Assembly: GCA_965279515.1 (NCBI GenBank)
Contig: CBDIID010000003.1
Span: 3,456,001-3,520,000 of the forward strand
Length of the DNA stretch: 64,000 nt
Reading direction: 5' to 3'
Source of the DNA: Turneriella sp.
GTDB lineage: Bacteria > Spirochaetota > Leptospiria > Turneriellales > Turneriellaceae
Shown: piece after piece, positions 46,689 through 54,603 of the stretch
Layout of the letters: the number at the start of each line of letters is the position of its first letter
Numbering within the stretch: the first letter of the stretch is position 1
The notes under the pieces: generated by a model
What the model saw: only the letters and a program-made list of their open reading frames with translations
Databases searched by the model: none
What the model was told of the DNA's origin: nothing
Program-made: the position numbers and the translations under genes

Positions 46689-47393
46689 ATGCTCGAATGG
46701 TTATGGCACCTCAGTTTCGTTTCGGCCAGCGCCGTTTTTCTCGGCCTGAATGTGCTGATTTTTCTTGGCGCGCTGGCCGCGGGCTGGTTCATCGACAGAT
46801 ATCTCGCGCGGCGTAGCTTGCCCCGCGGACGCATCACGGCGACCGAACTTGTTTTAAGTCTTTGCACCGTCTGCATCAACAGTGCGATCACTTCGGCGGG
46901 TTGGCTGCTTTGGCAGCGGGGGGTAATCCAACTCAATGTTGCAGGCAATGCGTGGCAGATACTGCGCGATACGCTGGTGCTCGTCGTGGTCATGGATCTC
47001 GCATTATACGTTCTGCACCGCATCGCGCACATACCGTTGTTCTATAAAATTGCGCACTACAAACACCATGAGTATAAAGAGGTGCGGGTTCTGACGCTTT
47101 TTGTCATGAGCCCGCTCGAGGCTTTGGGTTTCGGTACGCTCTGGGTTTTTACGCTGTGCTTTTTTCCGTTCACGATTGAGGCAATCGCGGTTTTTCTCAA
47201 TCTGAATCTTTATTTCGGTGTCACGGCGCATGCGGGCGTGGCGCTTTACCCCGCGGGGTTGCGGCGTGCCTGCGCCGCGATTGGTTTGACCTACCCGGAG
47301 TTTCATGGGGCGCACCATGAAAATGAAGCCGTCAATATGGGGTTTTATACACGTATCTGGGATGTTTTATTCCATACCGAAGGCCGGAAATGA
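46689..47393 (+). CDS. sterol desaturase / fatty acid hydroxylase family protein
   Basis: HRIAH, HYKHH, H..HH histidine boxes, N.G.Y..IWD.LF.T. Confidence 0.88.
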   Translation: MLEWLWHLSFVSASAVFLGLNVLIFLGALAAGWFIDRYLARRSLPRGRITATELVLSLCTVCINSAITSAGWLLWQRGVIQLNVAGNAWQILRDTLVLVVVMDLALYVLHRIAHIPLFYKIAHYKHHEYKEVRVLTLFVMSPLEALGFGTLWVFTLCFFPFTIEAIAVFLNLNLYFGVTAHAGVALYPAGLRRACAAIGLTYPEFHGAHHENEAVNMGFYTRIWDVLFHTEGRK

Positions 47394-47458
47394 TGTATTT
47401 GTAGAGCTATTTATCCTTTTTTACTTGACTGGCCGCCATCGGATAAAAATCCCCTCGC

Positions 47459-48580
47459 ATGACGTCGCTAAAAATTGAAACCGAGAACCTCAATATCACG
47501 ATCGACAACGACACGCTGGTAAAATTCCGCAAGTTCTGGCGCGAGAATGATTTCACGCTCGGCATAGAGCTTCTCGATGCGCAGCACATGTGGCTCATCG
47601 CGCTGATTTTCCATCTCGATACACTACTGTCGCAAAAAGGCGAAAAAGACCTGAAGCAGATCGATGCAGTTTTTAGCGAAGCGCTGCGTTATGCGGATAC
47701 ACACTTCCAGGCCGAAGAGCTGGCGCTGGCCGAGTACCGTTTTCCTGAAGAGACCGACCATGCGGCGCGCCACCATGCGTTTAAGGATAGCATCAAAAAT
47801 ATCCTGAGCTCCCCCGAAAAAGGCGATGCCGACCGTGCGGGGCAGTTGAGTAAATTCCTGCAGAACTGGCTGGTGCAACACATCAAAAAAGAAGACTTTG
47901 CCTACCGCGATTTTTTCCGCACCGAAGGCATCGACGCCAATGCCTACTTTCAGCGCCTGATCGCCGGCGGTTCAGAGTTTGCACTGACCGAGAATCAGCT
48001 GAATCTCTATGCCGAGATCATCCAGAACAATGAGATCATTCCCGGAATCTCGAATGAAGTTTTGAGCGAGGTGCGCCGCATGTGGAAAAGTTTTTCCATC
48101 CGCCTCTATGTGCCGCTCATTGATATGCAGCATCTCTGGCTCATCAAGATGATAGTGGAGCTCGAAGTCGCGCTGAAAGAAAATTACGATAAGAGGCTCA
48201 ACCTGCTGAGCGATCTTCTGCCCGATGTGAAAAGGTATGTCGAAGAGCATTTTTCCGCCGAAGAGGCGATGATGGATGCCTTGGGGTATCCCGCGGCGGC
48301 GGGGCATAAGAAACTGCATGAACTTTTTAACCGAACGATTTCTGCTCACGACGCCGAATATGCGACGCGCACAAGACAGGGCGCTTCGGTGCTGGTGCAT
48401 GACCTCAAGGACTGGCTGCTGACACACATCGTGATCGAAGACGCCAAATTTGCGAAACTCTGCCGCGAAAAACATACCGAAGCTATAGCCGTATCGAAAC
48501 ATATGATTGGCGAAAAAAAAGCGCAGTTCCGCAAGGCGCAGATTTTACTCTACCAGTATATTGTCGGACAGGGCAAATAA
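47459..48580 (+). CDS. tandem bacteriohemerythrin domain protein
   Basis: Two domains, each D.QH, HF..EE, H...H, WL..HI..ED. Confidence 0.9.
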   Translation: MTSLKIETENLNITIDNDTLVKFRKFWRENDFTLGIELLDAQHMWLIALIFHLDTLLSQKGEKDLKQIDAVFSEALRYADTHFQAEELALAEYRFPEETDHAARHHAFKDSIKNILSSPEKGDADRAGQLSKFLQNWLVQHIKKEDFAYRDFFRTEGIDANAYFQRLIAGGSEFALTENQLNLYAEIIQNNEIIPGISNEVLSEVRRMWKSFSIRLYVPLIDMQHLWLIKMIVELEVALKENYDKRLNLLSDLLPDVKRYVEEHFSAEEAMMDALGYPAAAGHKKLHELFNRTISAHDAEYATRTRQGASVLVHDLKDWLLTHIVIEDAKFAKLCREKHTEAIAVSKHMIGEKKAQFRKAQILLYQYIVGQGK

Positions 48581-48632
48581 CTTCCCGGGCCTTAGGACTT
48601 GACAATCGGACCGACCGGAATAGCGTCACCCG

Positions 48633-50567
48633 ATGCTGCCGGTACTCTTATTGGTCAGTCTTGCCGGCTTTTCGGGCGAAATCCCGATTGGTAAAACGAC
48701 CGGGTATCTCAAAAGCGACGGGCCCGTCGAAGCGATGGCCGCGGCACCGGGTTGGCAGCCTCTCGGCAAAGACCATGCCGGGCTGGGATTTCATAAAGAC
48801 CCGGTTTGGCTGCGCTTCAGCCTGGTAAATCCCGAAGCCACGGCAAAAAATCTTGTCCTCGATCTGGGTTATCCCCTGCACGACCATGTCGAGTTCTATT
48901 TCCGAAGTGCAAATGCCTGGGCTAAGAAAATTTCCGGCGACATGCATCCCTATGGCACTCGGGAAATTGATTCGGCAAATATCGCGTTTTTACTGAACGC
49001 GCCGCCGGGCGAGAATACCTATTATCTCAGAATCCATTCGCAGAGCTCGCTTGTATTACCGCTGCGTATTCTCAGCGAACAAAAATTTTATAACGAAAAA
49101 TTCCAGGAATATATCGTCCTGTTTCTCTATTTCGGCGTGCTGATCGTCATGGCGCTCTATAACCTGTTCCTGTACTTCTCTATCCGCGATCGCACCTATC
49201 TTTATTATACACTCTTCACCGCTGTGCTGCTGGTAAATACCGCCAACCTGAACGGTATGAGTTTCCAGTTTCTCTGGCCGGATTCACCGCGTTGGGGCAA
49301 TATTGCCGTGATGCTGGGCGTTTTTCTCGTGCACGCCCTGGGCATCCAGTTTAGCCGCAGTTATCTGCGTACCGACAAACTGACGCCGCGCCTCGATATC
49401 TTGCTCAAGATTTTTACCGGCATCTGTTATGCCGGGTGCATTGCGGCATTTTTCGTTCCGTACTGGGCGCTCATGAAATCGGTGCTGTTTTTGGTGCTGG
49501 GCGCGACGATTCTGCTGATGGGTGTTGGTGGTTATGGCGTCGTGAGGAAATACCGTCCGGCGTATTTTTATCTCAGCGCATGGCTGTTGCTGCTGACGGC
49601 AAATATTCTCGCAATTCTTAAGAATGCCGGTGTGCTACCGAGCTGGACAATTCTGTCATACAGTATCCAGATCGGTTCGGCCATCGAAGTGGTGTTACTT
49701 TCGTTGGGCCTTGCCGACCGCATCAATGTACTCAACAATAGTCTGGAAGAGGCGAACCGTACGCTCGAGGCGAAGGTGCGCGACCGCACCGAAGAGCTGG
49801 CAAAGATCAACTGGGATCTCGCGCAGAAAAATGAGATCATGGAGATCGAACTGGTCATTGCCTCCGAGATACAGAAGAGTATTTTCCCGAACCTGGCATG
49901 GCGTAAGAACGGCCTGGCTCTCGCAGGCCATTACCGGCCGCTGCAGAAGGTCGGTGGCGACTATTACGACATCTTCCACTACGACGGCTGGACGGGTATT
50001 GTGCTCGCCGACGCCGAGGGGCACGGTGTGCCGGCGGCGTTACTCACGGCTATGGCGAAGATCAGCTTTTCTGAGGCTGTCGCAAAGACCAAGTCGCCGG
50101 GTGAGATTCTGAAGTATGTCAATGACTCGATGCATAAGCTCGTGCTCAGCCAGGGGCATCTGACAGCAGTCTTCGCGGCGATCTCACCCGACCGGGAACT
50201 CACCTATGCCAATGCGGCGCATCCGCCGGCGTATTTGCTGCGCAAATCGCTGGTGAATATATTGCCGCTTGCGGCCAGCGGCTATTTGCTCGGCGTCACC
50301 AATCAGCAGAAAATTTTTGAAACCAAGAAAGAATCGCTGCTCTCCGGCGACCGGTTATTCTTGTTTTCCGACGGCCTCTACGACCACCATAAGATGGAAA
50401 AGAGTGTGATCGATGAAATCTGGATGCAAAACGTTTTGCGCCGCAGCCTCGATATGCCACTGAGCGATGCCTCCTCATTTATTCTCCACGAATGGGAAAC
50501 CACGATGCATGGCGCGCCGATCCAGGATGACATGAGTTTTCTCATGGTCGAAGTCGAACCGACCTGA
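48633..50567 (+). CDS. 7TM-DISM sensor with SpoIIE (PP2C) phosphatase
   Basis: WLRF..., YYLRI.S.SSL..P extracellular domain; 7TM (YNLFLYFSIRD..YL.Y...GLADRIN); VGGDYYD, DAEGHG, SDG, DDMS. Confidence 0.92.
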   Translation: MLPVLLLVSLAGFSGEIPIGKTTGYLKSDGPVEAMAAAPGWQPLGKDHAGLGFHKDPVWLRFSLVNPEATAKNLVLDLGYPLHDHVEFYFRSANAWAKKISGDMHPYGTREIDSANIAFLLNAPPGENTYYLRIHSQSSLVLPLRILSEQKFYNEKFQEYIVLFLYFGVLIVMALYNLFLYFSIRDRTYLYYTLFTAVLLVNTANLNGMSFQFLWPDSPRWGNIAVMLGVFLVHALGIQFSRSYLRTDKLTPRLDILLKIFTGICYAGCIAAFFVPYWALMKSVLFLVLGATILLMGVGGYGVVRKYRPAYFYLSAWLLLLTANILAILKNAGVLPSWTILSYSIQIGSAIEVVLLSLGLADRINVLNNSLEEANRTLEAKVRDRTEELAKINWDLAQKNEIMEIELVIASEIQKSIFPNLAWRKNGLALAGHYRPLQKVGGDYYDIFHYDGWTGIVLADAEGHGVPAALLTAMAKISFSEAVAKTKSPGEILKYVNDSMHKLVLSQGHLTAVFAAISPDRELTYANAAHPPAYLLRKSLVNILPLAASGYLLGVTNQQKIFETKKESLLSGDRLFLFSDGLYDHHKMEKSVIDEIWMQNVLRRSLDMPLSDASSFILHEWETTMHGAPIQDDMSFLMVEVEPT

Positions 50568-50571
50568 TCCT

Positions 50572-51282
50572 ATGGACAAACGTTTCGAACAATGGTCGCC
50601 CGTGCATATCCTTATCGTCGCATTGACGGTCGTTGTAGCCGCTCTTTTGATATTTCTGGGCCGCAGGTATCAGGGTAAGTCTTTTACTTTCGTCATTGGA
50701 AATGCCATCGCCGCGATTCTGCTGCTGAATTATTTCGTCTATGTCGGTTACCGTATCCACGCCGGGCTGTGGATGATCCGTTATGACCTGCCGATGGAGC
50801 TCTGCAACTGGGCGGCGCTGGCGACGATGTTTGCGTTTTTTACCCGGAACCGAACGCTCGCAGAAGTGGTCTACTTCTGGGTGATGGCGGGGTCAGTCAA
50901 CGGTGTAATCTCTCCCGACCTGCCGTTTTCATTTCCGCATATCTATTTCTTTATATTCCACATCGCGCATTCGGGCCTCGTGATCGGTAGCTTATACCTG
51001 GTTTTTGGACTGAAGTTTTATCCCCGCCCGGGGGCCATCCGCCGGGTTTTCATTATCTCGCAGGTTTATCTTGCCACGGCCTTTGTCATTAACTATGCGC
51101 TGGGTGGAAACTACGGTTATACCATGGCGAAGCCCTCTTCGGCTTCGGTGTTTGATTATCTGGGGCCATGGCCGTATTATTTACTGAGTCTTGAAGGCCT
51201 GGCGCTTGTCCTTTACGGGATTCTTTATCTGCCCTTTTTCCTTCTGCGACGCTTTCAAAGTTCTGTGCACGATCGGGCATGA
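50572..51282 (+). CDS. YwaF/TIGR02206 family membrane protein
   Basis: LP.ELC, SPDL, F.IAH, NYGY...KP...SVFDYLGPWPYY. Confidence 0.87.
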   Translation: MDKRFEQWSPVHILIVALTVVVAALLIFLGRRYQGKSFTFVIGNAIAAILLLNYFVYVGYRIHAGLWMIRYDLPMELCNWAALATMFAFFTRNRTLAEVVYFWVMAGSVNGVISPDLPFSFPHIYFFIFHIAHSGLVIGSLYLVFGLKFYPRPGAIRRVFIISQVYLATAFVINYALGGNYGYTMAKPSSASVFDYLGPWPYYLLSLEGLALVLYGILYLPFFLLRRFQSSVHDRA

Positions 51283-52058
51283 CGAAACCGCGGGCACGCA
51301 GACAACGGCCCGCGCTGCTCTTTCTTGCGGTTTCTTTATCCCTGCACACCGGTGTCCTGGTCGTTCTGATTTGCATGCCGCGGTTAGAGGTTCAAAAGGC
51401 AGCTATCATCCATCCGGTGGTGATTGAGAATAGTGCCGCCCGAACCCGGGGAAAGCGCAGCCAAGAAGGGGGCGCCGCTCCGCGTACCGATTTAACTCCC
51501 TTATTGTCTCCTCAAGGGAGGATATTCGATCCGACGGGTATTTTTTCTCTTCCAGAGTCTTATTTGTCCAATCCTGCGCTGAATCTGAATCTCGGGAAGC
51601 CGCGGGCTTCAGGGCAGCGCGGCCGGGAAATTGAACCCGGCAGATTCGATACGGGGTGGGGCAGTAAAAGGTTTACCACAATCGAATTCCATATGCTTAA
51701 GGTGGCCCAGATTCTTCATTTCAGGGAGATCCACTGGTTAGATGACGAAATCAAGTGCCGTATCGCCGAAGGGCAAATTCTCGATTTCTTCAACGATAAG
51801 GTGCTGATTAGAACCTGGTATACGTTGGGTATGGGGTCGCGGTTACCCGATGCCAGGGACAAGCAGGAACTCGTCTATTACCTGCGTCGCCTCGAGCGCA
51901 GAATCCTGGAAGAAGGGATTTACGAACAGGCGGCAAATCTGGCTGTCATCTACCGCACCGTCTATGGCAGGCTCAAACCCGATCTGAGAGAGTATTGGGA
52001 TAGCCTGACCGGGAACTACCGGCTACTCAACGACCCTGAGCGTAGCCCGGAATTTTAA
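51279..52058 (+). CDS. hypothetical membrane-anchored protein
   Basis: TonB-like N-terminal TM (VSLSLH), low-complexity linker, helical C-terminus. Confidence 0.65.
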   Translation: MTKPRARRQRPALLFLAVSLSLHTGVLVVLICMPRLEVQKAAIIHPVVIENSAARTRGKRSQEGGAAPRTDLTPLLSPQGRIFDPTGIFSLPESYLSNPALNLNLGKPRASGQRGREIEPGRFDTGWGSKRFTTIEFHMLKVAQILHFREIHWLDDEIKCRIAEGQILDFFNDKVLIRTWYTLGMGSRLPDARDKQELVYYLRRLERRILEEGIYEQAANLAVIYRTVYGRLKPDLREYWDSLTGNYRLLNDPERSPEF

Positions 52059-52107
52059 TCCACAAGCCGGATTTTTCAGCAAAAAAAGCGATTTTCGTTT
52101 TTTTCGC

Positions 52108-52134
52108 TCAAAGTATTTTTTATTTTCCCGACAT
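52108..52134 (+). promoter_or_regulatory. putative sigma28 (FliA) promoter of the first flaB
   Basis: TCAA-N15-CCCGACAT, close to the TAAA-N15-GCCGATAA consensus, upstream of a flagellin gene. Confidence 0.6.
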
Positions 52135-52287
52135 TACCATTAGGGGAGAAAAGGCGCATTTTTTGTTAAATGGGATTAAACAAGGCCTAAAATGACTGTT
52201 TTTATGCATTAGTCTCTGCCAGGTTGCTCTAGCTTCATCTGACTGGGCTCCATTTGACTAAGCCCGCCATCCGTACCTATACCATAA

Positions 52288-52330
52288 ACCCGCCAAGGAA
52301 GGTGGGTAGTGATTTAGGACAACGGAGGGT
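52288..52330 (+). promoter_or_regulatory. putative CsrA-binding sites in the flaB leader
   Basis: ACCCGCC-AAGGAA-GGTGGGT hairpin with GGA in the loop, plus AGGA and ACGGA overlapping the SD. Confidence 0.6.
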
Positions 52331-52335
52331 TACAG

Positions 52336-53181
52336 ATGATTATTAACCATAACATGAGCGCGATCAATTCGCATCGCGTACTCAAGTTCCAGAACGATGA
52401 ACTGTCGAAGAACATGGAAAAGCTTTCGAGCGGCATGCGGATCAACCGCGGCGGCGACGATGCTTCCGGTCTCGCAGTCTCGGAAAAGATGCGTACACAG
52501 GTGGCGGGTCTTCGCCAGGCTGAGCGCAACACCGAAGACGGCATGAGCATGATTCAGACAACCGAAGGTTACCTGAACGAGCTCTCTGAACTACTGCAGC
52601 GCGTACGCGTGTTGGGCGTTCAGTCTTCCAACGGTATCTATACCGCAGAAGACCGTCAGATGATGCAGGTGGAGGTCTCTCAGTTAATCGATGAGGTCGA
52701 CCGTATTGCATCTCAGGCCGAGTTCAACACGATGAAACTGTTGCAAGGTGATTTTGCGCGTTCATCGTCGACTGCTTCGATGTGGTTCCACATGGGTGCG
52801 AACATGCACCAGCGCGAGCGTGTGTTCATCGCTACGATGACTGCACAGGCGCTGAACCTGCGTTCACAGGCTGGCGGCATTGAGTCAATCTCAACCGCTT
52901 CCAAGGCGAACAACATCATCGGTCTGATGGACGATGCGCTGCAACAGGTGAGCCGCCAACGGGCAAACCTGGGTGCATACTTCAATCGTCTCGAGCATGC
53001 GGCGAAAGGCCTCATGAACGCATACGAGAACATCCAGGCATCTGAAAGCCGCATCCGCGATACGGATATGGCAGAAGAGATGACGAAGTTCACGAAGAAC
53101 CAGGTGCTGATCCAGAGCGGTACGGCGATGTTGGCTCAGGCAAACCAGAAACCACAATCGGTGTTGCACCTGCTGAGATAG
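52336..53181 (+). CDS. flaB: periplasmic flagellar filament core protein FlaB
   Basis: [49 protein letters not shown]. Confidence 0.97.
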   Translation: MIINHNMSAINSHRVLKFQNDELSKNMEKLSSGMRINRGGDDASGLAVSEKMRTQVAGLRQAERNTEDGMSMIQTTEGYLNELSELLQRVRVLGVQSSNGIYTAEDRQMMQVEVSQLIDEVDRIASQAEFNTMKLLQGDFARSSSTASMWFHMGANMHQRERVFIATMTAQALNLRSQAGGIESISTASKANNIIGLMDDALQQVSRQRANLGAYFNRLEHAAKGLMNAYENIQASESRIRDTDMAEEMTKFTKNQVLIQSGTAMLAQANQKPQSVLHLLR

Positions 53182-53191
53182 TAGGGTATGG

Positions 53192-53234
53192 GTCGGGACG
53201 CGCTTTGGTGCGTCCCGACTTGATTTCCATTTTT
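53192..53234 (+). terminator. probable intrinsic terminator after the first flaB
   Basis: GTCGGGACGC...GCGTCCCGAC stem followed by a T-rich tract. Confidence 0.7.
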
Positions 53235-53276
53235 AACGCAGGGGCAGCATAGGCTGCCTTTTCGTGTTTGCCACAG

Positions 53277-53432
53277 GGAATGCCTAAAAAGGTAAAAAAG
53301 ATAGTCGCAATCGTTATTGCGAAAACCAAAAGCAGCGAAGCGCTTTAGCAGCCGTTTCCTCTTGGAAACGGCGCGACCCTTCGGGTCTCCGCTTCGGAGG
53401 CTTTTGGTTTTCGAAACCTTTTTGGGCATTCC
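53277..53432. repeat. MITE/REP-like nested palindromic element, copy 2
   Basis: Terminal IR GGAATGCCTAAAAAGGT / ACCTTTTTGGGCATTCC; inner IR CGAAAACCAAAAGC / GCTTTTGGTTTTCG; 24-nt core identical to the reverse complement of 6012-6035. Confidence 0.75.
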
Positions 53433-53707
53433 AATGTCATGGTTTTCTCCTTCTCAGAGACCAGGATTACCCGCGGGGTGATCTTGTTTGGTCATCCCGC
53501 GAACTTTCCGGGTGTCTGATTGGGAGAGACCTGTCCTGCGAAGCCGCGCCCGTCCATCCGTGGACTAGCGCGGCCCTTAGCCATCCGTGGCTAGGGGGAT
53601 AGAGACCGCTCAGCAAGGATGCTGCGCGGCCGATGTCTCGAACACAGACACTTTAGTCTGAGGCAAACCTGGGGGTTTGTCCAGATAATAAAGACAAAGG
53701 AGTGTCT

Positions 53708-54556
53708 ATGATCATTCGCAACAACCTGAGCGCAATCAATGCGCACCGGGTTCTCAAGTTCAACGAATGGAACCAGGACAAGACCATCGCCAAATTGGCT
53801 TCCGGTGAGAGAATCACCAAGTCATCCGACGATGCGTCTGGTCTTGCGGTTTCAGAGAAAATGAGAACGCAGGTGCAGGGATTACGCCAGGCAGAAAGAA
53901 ATACCGAAGACGGTATGAGCTTCGTGCAGACGGCCGACGGTTATTTAAACCAGTTGGGCGATCTGCTGCAGCGCGTACGCGTTTTGGCCATTCAGTCGGC
54001 CAACGGTATCTACACGGCAGAAGACCGGCAATTGATGCAGGTTGAAATTTCGCAGCTCGTCGACGAGGTAGACCGCGTCGCGTCGCAGGCGGAGTTCAAT
54101 CGCTTCAAGGTGCTGTTAGGCGACTATGCGAGAACCTCGAAGACCGCTTCGATGTGGTTCCACATGGGTGCCAACATGCACCAGCGGGAACGCGTCTTCG
54201 TCGGCACGATGACGGCATCGGCTCTTAAATTAAAAGAGAACGGTGCTGTCGAATCGCTGTCGACGGCGTCACAGGCCAATGACCTCATTGGCGTGGTAGA
54301 CGAGGCTTTAGGCAAATTGCTGAAGCAGCGTGCCGATCTGGGGAGCTATTCCAATAGGCTGGAAATGTCCGCGAAGGGCTTGATGAGCGCTTATGAAAAC
54401 ATACAGGCGTCAGAGAGCCGCATTCGTGATGCGGACATGGCAGAAGAGATGGTCCATTTCACAACGGGCCAGATCTTACAGCAGAGTGGTACGGCGATGC
54501 TCGCCCAGGCAAATCAGCGCGCAACAAGCGTGATGCGTCTTCTGGGACGTGATTAA
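53708..54556 (+). CDS. flaB: periplasmic flagellar filament core protein FlaB (second paralog)
   Basis: [47 protein letters not shown] before ATG 53708. Confidence 0.96.
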   Translation: MIIRNNLSAINAHRVLKFNEWNQDKTIAKLASGERITKSSDDASGLAVSEKMRTQVQGLRQAERNTEDGMSFVQTADGYLNQLGDLLQRVRVLAIQSANGIYTAEDRQLMQVEISQLVDEVDRVASQAEFNRFKVLLGDYARTSKTASMWFHMGANMHQRERVFVGTMTASALKLKENGAVESLSTASQANDLIGVVDEALGKLLKQRADLGSYSNRLEMSAKGLMSAYENIQASESRIRDADMAEEMVHFTTGQILQQSGTAMLAQANQRATSVMRLLGRD

Positions 54557-54566
54557 GTGAATGCCT

Positions 54567-54602
54567 GCCCAGCCTTTCCCTTCGGGAAGGCTGGGCTTTT
54601 TT
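54567..54602 (+). terminator. intrinsic terminator after the second flaB
   Basis: GCCCAGCCTTTCCC-TTC-GGGAAGGCTGGGC followed by TTTTTT. Confidence 0.85.
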
Positions 54603-54603
54603 G

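Noticed and set aside
53090..53429. Small minus-strand ORFs between the flaB genes
   Set aside because: They are translations of the terminator and the palindromic element
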